Source: Promethearchaeota archaeon (lineage in GTDB: Archaea; Asgardarchaeota; Lokiarchaeia; Sigyniarchaeales; SOKP01). From it: DNA of 64,000 nt. How positions within the stretch are numbered: position 1 is the first letter of the stretch; each line of letters begins with the position of its first letter. The stretch is from contig SHMW01000012.1 of the NCBI GenBank assembly GCA_008080735.1, positions 20,998 through 84,997 of the forward strand. The letters are read 5' to 3'. Under the pieces are notes generated by a model. That model ran no database searches. It was not told the DNA's origin and saw only the letters and a list, made by a program, of their open reading frames with translations. The position numbers and the translations under genes are program-made. Positions 28,113-38,476 of this stretch are shown here, piece after piece.

Positions 28113-30275
28113 CTAATGAATTTCCAATTTTTTACTACATTTAGGGCAATATAACGGTAGTTCCTCCTCGCACGGTTCCAATTGGTCATGATCGATTAAT
28201 TGTCTCCAGCAGACTAATTTATCATCTTGTTTAATCATATCTCTCCCATGATGTTGGGGAAGAATTCTTTTTGTCTTACAATTTTCGCAAATTATCGTCT
28301 TAACATCATTTTCTAAAGTTTTTGTTGAGATTTCTTGAAATTTTGATTTATATCGAAATATTCGCATTCCATTTAATAACACGAATAGAGACACCCCCAT
28401 ATCCCCAATTCCAACAGCTAACCACAATGTCATAAATCCAAGTACTGTAAGGAAAGCAAATGATAATTTCACGATAATTGACGTCCAAATGTTTTGCTTT
28501 ATAATTTTATTAGTTTTTTTGGTAATATCTATATAAGTAAGAAGTTTCGTAAGATCATCATTTATAATGACAATATCGGCGGTTTCCAACGTTAAATCCG
28601 TTGCAGAAGCTCCAATCGCAATCCCCAAATCTGCTGAGGCTAAGGCAGGAGCATCATTAATTCCATCTCCGACCATCGCTACTCCACGGGAGTTGTTTTT
28701 AATAGATTCGATCTGTTCTATCTTTTGATTTGGCAAGAGACTACCTTGCACATCCTCAATATCTAAACAGCCACCAATTGTATTACACGCCATTTGAGTA
28801 TCCCCTGAAATCATAGTAGTCGAATAACCGCGCTCTTTGAGCCCTTTGATGAGAATCGGTGCAGATACTCTCAACAAATCTCTGATCGTTATGATCCCCA
28901 CTAAGGTTTTATCATTTCCGATAAGAACGGGAAGTGTGCCATTCTCTTTTATATCAGTTAGATTAGTCTCGGGGATTTCCAATTTTAATTCTTGGAAAAA
29001 TTTCTCACTCCCTGCATAAAAAATTTCATTATTGATATATCCTTTAATTCCTCTGCCCGTTATAATTTCAAAATCTTCTACCTCATAGAAATTTGTGCGT
29101 AAACCTTTCGCGTAGTTGACTATCGCTTGTCCGATGGGATGCTCGGATAATCGCTCTAAGCTTGCAGCTATCTTCAAAACCTCCTCCTTATCCTTATCAT
29201 GAAAAGATCTTATCTCATATACTTTAAGTTTGCCCTCCGTGAGTGTTCCGGTCTTATCGAAGGCGAAAGTCTCGATATCATTGACCAGTTCAATAAAGCG
29301 ATTTCCCTTTACTAATATCCCCTCTTTTGCTAGTTTTGTTAATGAAACGACATTTGCTAAGGGAGTAGATAATGTCAATGCACACGGACACGATACAACT
29401 AGTAAAATTAAGCCTCGATAAAACCAGTCCGTAAAATTAAGGTTAAATAATAAAGTTGGGATCAGTATAACTAATAGAGATGCAATGAGAATAGAGGGAG
29501 TATAATAGCGCGCAAATTTTTCAATGAATTTTTCTTTTCGGCTTTTATTTTGTTGAGCATATTGGATAGTTTTAGCGATTTGAGCAATCACAGTATCATT
29601 ACTTTCGCGTGTGACTCTTATATCGACAAAACTCTCTGAATTTATACTTCCCGCAAATACTTCTGCCCCATTCTCTTTAAAGACTGGAATGGATTCTCCG
29701 GTAATTGCGCTCTCATCAAAATAGGATTCACCCTTTTCGATCATACCATCAAGCGGGACTTTCATAGCAGGTTTTATTCCAATAATTTCGCCTGCTTTAA
29801 CTTCTTTAGAGGGAATGTTTAGATACCCTCCAGCTGTCTTCACCAATGCCTCATCAGGAGCCAGTTCCAAAATCTCTCTAATGGCATTCCTTGATTTATC
29901 TGTAGTAAGTTCTTCTAAATGTTCAGCTATCGCATACAATAGGATTGCTGTGGCGCCTTCTTGTCCATGAAATATGAAAAAGGACGCAACAGCTGCGATC
30001 ACCATCAATAAATTAGCAGTAATGCGCTTTTCCTTGACATTTTCTATAGTTTCCTTTATCACTTCATAGCAGGAAAAAATGATTGAGATAATTGCCAAAA
30101 CTTGGCTTATAAAGAGATAATCCAAGAAAAACTCAATTAAAATTGAGCCTAATATGAATATAGCTGAAAAACCAATAAAATACCAAAAATATTCACCAAA
30201 AAATGATTTTTCATGGTGGTGGTGACCCAACTCATATGCAGAACAATGGGAACAAGAAGGTGATCCTTTAGTCAT
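28113..30275 (-). CDS. heavy-metal P1B-type ATPase (Zn/Cd/Pb, ZntA/CadA-like)
   Basis: TGES, SCPC, DKTGT, SEHP, GDGINDAP, Lys in TM7, Asp-x-Gly in TM8; N-terminal CxxC+His tract. Confidence 0.94.
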   Translation of the reverse strand: MTKGSPSCSHCSAYELGHHHHEKSFFGEYFWYFIGFSAIFILGSILIEFFLDYLFISQVLAIISIIFSCYEVIKETIENVKEKRITANLLMVIAAVASFFIFHGQEGATAILLYAIAEHLEELTTDKSRNAIREILELAPDEALVKTAGGYLNIPSKEVKAGEIIGIKPAMKVPLDGMIEKGESYFDESAITGESIPVFKENGAEVFAGSINSESFVDIRVTRESNDTVIAQIAKTIQYAQQNKSRKEKFIEKFARYYTPSILIASLLVILIPTLLFNLNFTDWFYRGLILLVVSCPCALTLSTPLANVVSLTKLAKEGILVKGNRFIELVNDIETFAFDKTGTLTEGKLKVYEIRSFHDKDKEEVLKIAASLERLSEHPIGQAIVNYAKGLRTNFYEVEDFEIITGRGIKGYINNEIFYAGSEKFFQELKLEIPETNLTDIKENGTLPVLIGNDKTLVGIITIRDLLRVSAPILIKGLKERGYSTTMISGDTQMACNTIGGCLDIEDVQGSLLPNQKIEQIESIKNNSRGVAMVGDGINDAPALASADLGIAIGASATDLTLETADIVIINDDLTKLLTYIDITKKTNKIIKQNIWTSIIVKLSFAFLTVLGFMTLWLAVGIGDMGVSLFVLLNGMRIFRYKSKFQEISTKTLENDVKTIICENCKTKRILPQHHGRDMIKQDDKLVCWRQLIDHDQLEPCEEELPLYCPKCSKKLEIH

Positions 30276-30438
30276 TTTCTCTGTGTTATTTAGCTTTTTA
30301 AGATTATAAAATGCACTTTTTATTATCTATAATATTATTCAAGAGTTTGATATTTCAACGATGAGAGTTAAGCACGAAAAATTTTAAATTATAAACAGAT
30401 TGAAAATTAACTTCCGAATTAAATTATGAGGGATAAAT

Positions 30439-31335
30439 TTACTTGATGACGTATTTTAATTTCAGTCCTTCTTCCTCTTCAAGGTCTAACTCTTTTCTGA
30501 TTGCATTTCGAATCAAATATCCTCCCACATGAAGGACAGAATCTCTTAATATCGGATCTTGGTCCATTGAAGCATTACAAGGATATGCATGGTGAGCTGA
30601 GCTAATCATCTCATTTAATGATTTCTTGTTTGCTTTTCCATTAATGAAGTATTTTCCCTTCAATTTTTGAACAATATAATAAGTAGATCCGCAAGGTGCA
30701 CTCCTTATTACACACGCATCCTCAATTGCCTTTCCGCTTTTATCTAATTTAAAAGATATCTTTGGTTTTCCAATCTGAAAATAATTAACAAATTTATTTA
30801 TGTTGTCGTGTTCATGAGTTAGATTAAAACCGGCTTTATTATATTGATCTTCCTCTGTACTGAGCGAGCAGAAAGGCTTAGGAAATGCCGCCTGAATACC
30901 AACCTCTTCAAATGCCTCCAGTACTTGCTTTTGTAATCCTGGAGGAACCCATTTTGGGTCTTCGATTGGCACGATAACACCTTTTATATCTGAATCTTTC
31001 AGTAATTCGGGCAAGCCCGCCAATAAATCTTCATGGATGCCAATTACCAATAAATATTCTAAGGGAGGGAGATCTTTAGGTAGATATTGAACGGGATCAT
31101 CTATAAATTGCGGGAGATTTTGTCCTATTTGTTTATAATAGAAAATATTATTTGAAAAGCTCTCCAGCCCTTTTCTACACTCATCGCATTTTACTTTCTG
31201 TTCTAATTCTTCGCACGCCGTACAAAATTCATCATGGTTGACTAAATGTCCTACAAATTTCTTGGTCAAGTCTAATGTATCTGGATCTGAGCCATATAGA
31301 ACTCCCAATTTATAAAATGCGTTTTCTCTCTTCAT
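30439..31335 (-). CDS. DUF166-family protein
   Basis: IHEDL, PKPFCSL, RSAPCGST, HAYPCNAS. Confidence 0.75.
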   Translation of the reverse strand: MKRENAFYKLGVLYGSDPDTLDLTKKFVGHLVNHDEFCTACEELEQKVKCDECRKGLESFSNNIFYYKQIGQNLPQFIDDPVQYLPKDLPPLEYLLVIGIHEDLLAGLPELLKDSDIKGVIVPIEDPKWVPPGLQKQVLEAFEEVGIQAAFPKPFCSLSTEEDQYNKAGFNLTHEHDNINKFVNYFQIGKPKISFKLDKSGKAIEDACVIRSAPCGSTYYIVQKLKGKYFINGKANKKSLNEMISSAHHAYPCNASMDQDPILRDSVLHVGGYLIRNAIRKELDLEEEEGLKLKYVIK

Positions 31336-31522
31336 TTTTTTATTTTAATATTTTTCTCTTTTTAATCTAATGACATCTTAAAATAAAGTTTGCCCATTTA
31401 TAATCCTAATTTCGAACATGTTCACTTAAGTGCCTCATAAATTTATAAATAAGCATATATAAAAATTTCAATTCTTATATCTTAAAAATAGAGATATACT
31501 ATTTGGTGAACATCTGATACAA

Positions 31523-32362
31523 ATGGACATCGAACATAGATATAAAATGATTTTTTTGAGTCTCCCCGATAAGATTTCTAAAATTGTTGGGGATCTCGAT
31601 ACTATAAAGGTCGAGCGCTTGAATAGTAAGAAGAATCTAGTTTTTGACCTTTCTGTTGAAGATTCTTCAGACACTCTTCAGAAAGACTATATTTTAAAAT
31701 ACTATCGAACTAAAAATGCGGATATAGAATTTACTACTCTTTCACACTTATATAAGCAAGGGCTTGATGTCCCCTCTGTGATCTCTTATGAAAAACCTTT
31801 CCTTTTGCTTGAGAAAATAGATGGAATTAATTTATGCGATTTTATTAATGAACCTCTCCACAAGATAAGTGAAATATCTGAGCTTGAGTCTGAAATGCGC
31901 AAAAAAATTATTAAAAGTATAGATATGCTTGCCAGCTGGCTCACTGACCTTCATAAGCGCAATATTATCACTCATAAAGATTTGGAGAAAACAATCGTAC
32001 TTAACAAGGGAGATACGCGTCTTCGGGATTTTATCATTCAAATGGACAATAAAATGGTCTATGGACTAGATTTTGAGGAAGCGTATGAAGGGAACCATAT
32101 AGATGATCTTGCGTGGATTTGTTGTTCTCTTATTGATACTAAACCCGGTTTATTTGAACTAGACGAGCCATATCATAAAATTGAATTGATGAATGAGTTT
32201 TTAAAACACTATTATAAAATAAATAATGATTTTACATTTTCCTTCAGTTATTTCGCGGAAGCATTGATAAACAACCTGAATATCGTTATTAAGCGACGGG
32301 GGTTAAATGTTGGGAAACTAGATAAAAAACGAATTCTAAACAATATTACAAGCAACTTTTAA
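31523..32362 (+). CDS. atypical protein/small-molecule kinase-like protein (RIO/Bud32/APH-like)
   Basis: ILKYY, E..L, GLDVP, LLLEKIDG, GDTRLRDF, LDFEE, DLA. Confidence 0.75.
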   Translation: MDIEHRYKMIFLSLPDKISKIVGDLDTIKVERLNSKKNLVFDLSVEDSSDTLQKDYILKYYRTKNADIEFTTLSHLYKQGLDVPSVISYEKPFLLLEKIDGINLCDFINEPLHKISEISELESEMRKKIIKSIDMLASWLTDLHKRNIITHKDLEKTIVLNKGDTRLRDFIIQMDNKMVYGLDFEEAYEGNHIDDLAWICCSLIDTKPGLFELDEPYHKIELMNEFLKHYYKINNDFTFSFSYFAEALINNLNIVIKRRGLNVGKLDKKRILNNITSNF

Positions 32363-32508
32363 AGACTTAACCCATGATCTATTTACACAATCATATAATC
32401 CATATCAAAATTTTAAAACTGAACAAATATTTACCTTAAGCACTAAATGTTTTATATCCTCATCACCATAAAATTATTAATATAGAAAATTAACAAGATC
32501 CAAAAAAA

Positions 32509-33264
32509 ATGAGTGGAAATATAACTGATTCAAAAACCGCTATTAAGAAAATTCTCTTATTAGTAGATGAAATAAAAGGTATCAATTCAGATTCGATTCC
32601 CAAACTAACAGACCAACCTAATAAATTATTGGAAACGGTAGAAGCCTTTGAAGCAGAAAAAACGGCCGATTTAAACACGATTGAATCTAACTCCGATGAA
32701 ATTACCTCCTTAAAAAATAAAATAACTCAAAACAAGCGAGACATCGTTAAATTAAATGAAGATATTGACGATCTTAATGCTAAACGTCAAGAATATTTGG
32801 ATAAGATACAACAAGTTCAAAATAAGCTCACAGAAGTTCGTGAAGAAATTAAGAGTAAAACCAATGAATATAATTCGAGGAGCGATCGTTTGAAAGAATT
32901 GGAAGAAACCATCGCAGAACTGAAAATTGAACAAGATAAATTTGATGAAAAAATCGCCAAATTACAAAGTGAGCTCGAAGATACATATCTCAATCGACAA
33001 GCATTCGTAGAGAATTATGAAAACCGAGTGGAGGCAATGAATTTGTTGATTCAGAAGGATTATATTCAATCTGATCAGATTAAGTTGATCAAGGCACTCC
33101 AAAAAGACGCTGCGTTAGAGTTGAAGAATATTCTTGTCGCGATAGATTTACGAGAAGATAAAGCCGATAAAATCTTGAAAAAGATGGTTCAGCAGAATGG
33201 ACCCATTGAATATAATGAGGAAGCTGGAACTGTTAAACTACTAGAGGAGGTGGATTTCAAATGA
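32509..33264 (+). CDS. long coiled-coil protein with C-terminal winged-helix-like domain
   Basis: About 140 aa of heptad pattern, then HTH plus beta-wing IEYNEEAGTVKL. Confidence 0.75.
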   Translation: MSGNITDSKTAIKKILLLVDEIKGINSDSIPKLTDQPNKLLETVEAFEAEKTADLNTIESNSDEITSLKNKITQNKRDIVKLNEDIDDLNAKRQEYLDKIQQVQNKLTEVREEIKSKTNEYNSRSDRLKELEETIAELKIEQDKFDEKIAKLQSELEDTYLNRQAFVENYENRVEAMNLLIQKDYIQSDQIKLIKALQKDAALELKNILVAIDLREDKADKILKKMVQQNGPIEYNEEAGTVKLLEEVDFK

Positions 33265-33998
33265 GTTCTCCTAAAGAAATTCTGAGCTTGATTGAACAAT
33301 TTGAAAACGTCTTTGATACGTATCAACGCTCCTTACAGAAAAATTTTGATGAGATTATCCAGAATGTGAGCAACATCTGGAAGAATATGAAAGCGGAGCA
33401 AGAAGAGGTTGAGAAGTTGGCTGAGACCATTCGTCAACAAAATTCCGAGCTAACTGAATTGAAAACCGAATCAAATGAATTGGATAAACAAATCGGAGAT
33501 TTGAAAGCGAAGAAGGAGGAATTAAATACAAAAATTCTTGACTTAAAAAGTACTTTGGAACGCAATACAAATGAACTTAAAAAGCCTGAATTTGAATTAC
33601 AGACCTTGACCTCAAATTTGAACTCTGTCAATGAGAAAATTCAAGAAAAAGAGCAGCAAAAAGCAGAATTAGATCAAAAGAAACTTGACAATGAACAGAA
33701 GGAAAAAGAACTGAAATCCAGCTACTCCGATGAAAAAATGGAAGAATTGGAGAAAAAACTCGATAGGGTGAAGCAAGAGCATTTCTTCAGCTCATTCTTG
33801 ATTGAAAACTCTGATGAAAATATCCCTGAAGTGGATATCCTTGCTAGTATTATGTCCGAAGGGGGGCAAGCAAATATGGACGACCTCAAAAAGCAACTCG
33901 ACGTACCTCCTATCATGGCCGTTAGAACGATTAAACAGTTAGCGGTAAAGGGGATCATCAATCTGAACGAAGACACGAACCAGATTACAATGGTATAA
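33261..33998 (+). CDS. long coiled-coil protein with C-terminal winged-helix domain
   Basis: ATGA overlap with the previous gene, SD GAGGAGGTGG; DLKKQLDVPPIMAVRTIKQLAVKGIINL. Confidence 0.8.
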   Translation: MSSPKEILSLIEQFENVFDTYQRSLQKNFDEIIQNVSNIWKNMKAEQEEVEKLAETIRQQNSELTELKTESNELDKQIGDLKAKKEELNTKILDLKSTLERNTNELKKPEFELQTLTSNLNSVNEKIQEKEQQKAELDQKKLDNEQKEKELKSSYSDEKMEELEKKLDRVKQEHFFSSFLIENSDENIPEVDILASIMSEGGQANMDDLKKQLDVPPIMAVRTIKQLAVKGIINLNEDTNQITMV

Positions 33999-34298
33999 CC
34001 ATACTTACATGTTTTATTTTTAATTTTTTTTGATACTCAAATTTTACTCAATTTATTTTTCATAACCTTCCTTAATTAATTCTTTTACCATGATTTTTTG
34101 ATGCTTATCACAGAGGGAATTCATATCATCATTTTTCATAAAAATTTTCCATTCCCCTCCATTTTTCTCAATGAACTTTATTATTAAGACTCTCTCCTCC
34201 TTTAATTTAGATCTCACCTCTAAATAGTTAGTCTCAAGGTTTTCTTGGTATTGATAAGAAAATCAAGAATAAAAAGCAAAAATGGTATTATGTCTTTA

Positions 34299-35636
34299 TT
34301 AGGATTTAAGGCTCTGAAAGAATTTTCTTACCTTCTTTTTAGATATAGTCTTGGTTTTAAGAGAAAGACGTCGTAACTTTCCGAGTTTTCTTAAGCTTCT
34401 TATATCATTAAAAGGATTATTTTCCAGATTGAGGTACTCAAGATTCTTTAGTTTATTCAATTTATTCAATCCGCTGATGTTATGTATCGCATTGAACTTG
34501 AGATTAAGAAAATATAAATTCTTTAGCTTACTAAGCCCTTCTATCTTCGAAATATTATTCCATTCCAAATTTAGAACTTCTAAATTTTGGAGATGAGGTA
34601 ATCCCTTAATCTTTGAGACAAGATTATATTGTAGGTGGAGCTCCTTTAAATTACGGAGATTGTCTAACCCATCTATCTCGGAAATAAGATTGCATTTCAA
34701 GATTAATATCTCCAATTTTGAGAGATGGTCTAACCCTTGTATTTTTCTCAGATTGTTATACTCGAAATCCACTCGTTTTAAATTTTGTAGATTTTCCAAG
34801 TGATTGATCTGCTTTAATTTACATCCGCTAATTACAAGTATCTCCAATTTGGTAAAGTTCTTAATGATTTCTAATTCCATGTGGGGATTATTCTCGATGA
34901 CAAGAGTTCTCAGCTCTTTAAATTTATTCAGACAGTCAAGCTCTATTTCGCCCGAAATTCCTAACCCCTCTAAGCTTGTTAACTCTTTTAAGCCGTTTAT
35001 CTCGCTTAATCTTTTTCTCTTGATGGGATATAAACTTAGTTTTGAAATAAATCCCTCTTTTACCTCATAAAAAGCGATTTCATTCCTCTTCAACAGATGG
35101 TCAATAAACTTGAAATTGTGGAGCATGGATATTAATTGATTTAGGGAGAACTCTGTATAATCGGTTTTGGAAAATATAGTTCTTAATTCTCCTATATAAT
35201 AGTGAATGGGATAGATATCTCTCCTTTTGAGGATTTCTTTAATTTCTCTGATGACAAATGAACGAGTCAATTCTGTATCTCTTTGCTTTAAAAGTTCAAA
35301 TATGCTGTAAAAAAAGTCTGGGGATGATTCCATTCGCAAAGCCCATCTTAAGGCGGTTAAGCCTTTTTTTAAATAGGTTTTCACGATCATTTCAGCACTA
35401 AGCCTTCTCAGATTTCTATCCGAATCCGAAATTAGAATGTTTTCAAGTAATAGAAAGAGATTTATATTTTTAACATCTATTTTCTGAATGATCTCGAGGC
35501 TCTTACTTCTTATATCTGGGTTATTACTATGTTCGATATATGAACGTAATAAATCTAATGCTGTCGTTTCCTTTAAAGCACCATCCTTATATTTCCGATA
35601 AATCTCCACCGGCTTTTGTATACTCAGAATAATCAC
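34299..35636 (-). CDS. leucine-rich repeat protein (SDS22-like) with N-terminal HEAT-like region
   Basis: Tandem LxxLxxLxLxxNxIxxIxGL repeats. Confidence 0.92.
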   Translation of the reverse strand: MIILSIQKPVEIYRKYKDGALKETTALDLLRSYIEHSNNPDIRSKSLEIIQKIDVKNINLFLLLENILISDSDRNLRRLSAEMIVKTYLKKGLTALRWALRMESSPDFFYSIFELLKQRDTELTRSFVIREIKEILKRRDIYPIHYYIGELRTIFSKTDYTEFSLNQLISMLHNFKFIDHLLKRNEIAFYEVKEGFISKLSLYPIKRKRLSEINGLKELTSLEGLGISGEIELDCLNKFKELRTLVIENNPHMELEIIKNFTKLEILVISGCKLKQINHLENLQNLKRVDFEYNNLRKIQGLDHLSKLEILILKCNLISEIDGLDNLRNLKELHLQYNLVSKIKGLPHLQNLEVLNLEWNNISKIEGLSKLKNLYFLNLKFNAIHNISGLNKLNKLKNLEYLNLENNPFNDIRSLRKLGKLRRLSLKTKTISKKKVRKFFQSLKS

Positions 35637-35770
35637 AATTGGATGTGTGAATCTTTAGTTAAATGCCTATGTCGGTTCTTCAAAAATTTACATCACAATT
35701 AATATAAAATTATTATGTGAAAAAATTTTATGGCTTATTTTTTTGGCTATTTTTGGGAAATATTTCTAAT

Positions 35771-36961
35771 CTATTGAATTCGATCAGCAACAATGTCTTC
35801 AATATTCAATACTTTTATCTCTTTATTCATTTTTTGTATAGCTAAGTTGAGTTGATTCTTACAAAATACACAAGAAGTAGCAATTATTTCTGCTCCTGTT
35901 TTGAGCGCCTCTTTAATACGGATTTTCGCTATTTCTAATGAATCCTCTGGAAAACCTGCTTTAAAACCCCCTCCAGCCCCACAACATATAGCTTCCTGTC
36001 TAGTATGTTCCATTTCTATCAATTTGACGGCAGGGATGGCATTTAAAATCTTCCTTGGTTCATCATAAATTCCCATATGCCGTCCTAAATGACAAGGATC
36101 GTGGTAAGTAATTTTTTTTGGCCATTTTTTAAAATCAATTTCTTTTTTTTTTAATTTATCAACTATAAATTCTGATAAATGAATAAGTTGAAAGGGTAGT
36201 TGTGACTCTGTAAATTTACCCCAATCATTTTTAGCTGTTTTATAGCAACCAGCACAATTAAAAATAATTTTTTTAACTCCCCTTTCCTTAAGAGTATTGA
36301 TGTTTTGTTTGATATAATCTTCCAAGTGAAATTCAATTAACTGATTTTCATAACTAAAAGTTAAATCCACTAATCCAGTTCTCAAATAAGGGCTTCCGCA
36401 ACAATATTCATCTTCCTTTAATAATACAAATCCCTCTTTTAGTATTTTAGATAAAATCTTCGCCGTATTGATAGCGCATTCTTTAGCTCTATAGGATGAT
36501 GTACAGCCTACGAAATATGCATATTTGCCTGAAGATGTAATATTTAACTCCTTATTCATCCATATCATTCTATTTTGCTGTGGTTCTCCATAAGGATTTT
36601 TATTCTCGACTAAATAAGGAATAAATTTATTTTGTTTGTCAATTGTTCTCTTCGCCTTATTAATAATGTCTTTACGTATCTTTTCGAGAATTTCTACATA
36701 ATCTAATTCAATAGGACATATTTCTTCGCATCGTTTACAAGTTGTACAAAAAGCGATCATTTCAATAAAATCTCCCGAAAATTTTAAGCCCTCTTCAATA
36801 AAAGTTCGTAAAATTCTCATTCTCCCACCAGCAAATTTGCTTTCCTTTCTTGAAATTAAATAAGTGGGGCAGACTTCTCTACACATTGAACAATTACTGC
36901 ATAATTTGATATAATCCTCATAATCAGAAATCTTTAGTTTTTTTTTAATCACCATTCTCAA
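35771..36961 (-). CDS. (Fe-S)-binding oxidoreductase subunit (GlcF/HdrD-like, CCG domains)
   Basis: Two CxxCxxCxxxCP motifs, CCG, YHDPCHLGR, CCGAGGG. Confidence 0.92.
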   Translation of the reverse strand: MRMVIKKKLKISDYEDYIKLCSNCSMCREVCPTYLISRKESKFAGGRMRILRTFIEEGLKFSGDFIEMIAFCTTCKRCEEICPIELDYVEILEKIRKDIINKAKRTIDKQNKFIPYLVENKNPYGEPQQNRMIWMNKELNITSSGKYAYFVGCTSSYRAKECAINTAKILSKILKEGFVLLKEDEYCCGSPYLRTGLVDLTFSYENQLIEFHLEDYIKQNINTLKERGVKKIIFNCAGCYKTAKNDWGKFTESQLPFQLIHLSEFIVDKLKKKEIDFKKWPKKITYHDPCHLGRHMGIYDEPRKILNAIPAVKLIEMEHTRQEAICCGAGGGFKAGFPEDSLEIAKIRIKEALKTGAEIIATSCVFCKNQLNLAIQKMNKEIKVLNIEDIVADRIQ

Positions 36962-36985
36962 CCCATAATCTTAATTTAATTCGTT

Positions 36986-38476
36986 TTATTCAACTTTATT
37001 CTCAAATATTGGAAATATTTTTTCCATACCCAGTTTTACAGCCATTTTCCTCCAAAACAAGTTTAATTCAAAAATACTGTTGATACGTCTGTATGAAGTA
37101 AACGAATTTATAAGCTTATTGGGGTTTAAAATATATTGAGGATCATATTGCTTTTTTTGTGTTATTAGTTTTTCTTTCTTTTTTGGCTCGAATTTATCCA
37201 AATAGATGCTATTATATAATCCATAATCATATAATTCACCCAGATTATTTTGATATGCAAATTTTACAATTCGATGCAATATGCCTTTACTTGAAAGGAA
37301 ATGAACTATAAAATCATTATTGGTGAAGGTAAATAAGACTAATCTTACTTCATTTTTGTTCCCTAAAACCCCAATAAAACCTTCATTTAAATTTCTCTGT
37401 TTAGATAATTCTCTGAATCTTGTTAAAATTATTGCTGTATATTTAATTTTGATTAAAAAACTCTGCAACATTAAAACTGGTATATCTTTCTTTAAGCGCA
37501 TCTCATCTTTCAAAATATTTTGCCACATTTCATTGGAGATATCATCTTCAATTGATACTATATCATATTTTTGGTTACTAGATGAGATGATCTTTTGAAT
37601 ATCTTCTCTTAGTCTTTCATTTTCAATTACCAAAAGGCAATAGTACTCAAAATTTGCAGTATCATACAATTTTTGAAAATAATTTCTATCAAAAAAACTA
37701 AGATAATAAATCTCTTCCTTTTCCTTAAATTTCTCAATAAAATCTACTAGATTTGTAAATTCTTTAAATCCATATAATAAAGAAATTTTTTGACGTTTTT
37801 TACTCAATTTAAAAGTGACTTCTATTATGATAGCAAATAATCCATATGTGCCAATAAATACATTAAATTCCTCTGGGCTTTTGAGGTGTTTCAGACCTTC
37901 ACTAGGACTAATAACTTTTAACTCAAGAATGTGTTTTGAAAAACTATTATGCTTTAAAGTACCAATTCCAATTGATCCTTTTGTATTTAGCCACCCACCT
38001 ATTGTAGCAGAAAGAGCGCTAGAAGAAATGGAAGGGATTTCTAAATTTTCTTCGTCTAAATATTCCACTAATTTTCCCAGATTCACACCGGCTTGAGCAG
38101 TAAGAGTATTTCTGTTTTTATTTAATTCAAATTTATTGAGGGTTTTTAAATCTAATACAACATCTCCCATTGAAGGTACACTGGAACCATAATATCCTGT
38201 TCCTCCACCCCTAATCGTAATTGGAACATTATATTGGATTGCTAAATTAACTATTATTTTAATTTGATCTGCACTTTTCGGCCAAATAACTATTCGGGCA
38301 ATGTAATCTTCTTTCCAGCGCCAGTGGTAGAATGGAATACCAGATAAATCTCCGCTGACACTAATACGTTCAATTAATGATTCTGAAAATTCTATTGGAT
38401 TTAAAGATTCTAATTCTTTTTTGAAACTCTTGAAATCAGGTTTTTCAGGTATATATTTTTGTGATTTCTTAAACAA
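36986..38476 (-). CDS. FAD-binding oxidoreductase (GlcD/D-lactate dehydrogenase-like)
   Basis: P..RGGGTG..G, AQAGV, ATIGGW, GTYG..IIEV, DP..ILNP. Confidence 0.88.
   Translation of the reverse strand: MFKKSQKYIPEKPDFKSFKKELESLNPIEFSESLIERISVSGDLSGIPFYHWRWKEDYIARIVIWPKSADQIKIIVNLAIQYNVPITIRGGGTGYYGSSVPSMGDVVLDLKTLNKFELNKNRNTLTAQAGVNLGKLVEYLDEENLEIPSISSSALSATIGGWLNTKGSIGIGTLKHNSFSKHILELKVISPSEGLKHLKSPEEFNVFIGTYGLFAIIIEVTFKLSKKRQKISLLYGFKEFTNLVDFIEKFKEKEEIYYLSFFDRNYFQKLYDTANFEYYCLLVIENERLREDIQKIISSSNQKYDIVSIEDDISNEMWQNILKDEMRLKKDIPVLMLQSFLIKIKYTAIILTRFRELSKQRNLNEGFIGVLGNKNEVRLVLFTFTNNDFIVHFLSSKGILHRIVKFAYQNNLGELYDYGLYNSIYLDKFEPKKKEKLITQKKQYDPQYILNPNKLINSFTSYRRINSIFELNLFWRKMAVKLGMEKIFPIFENKVE

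Noticed and set aside
27912-30275. tRNA-Leu as an integration site for an island
   Set aside because: No integrase, no duplicated tRNA 3' end and no compositional shift seen
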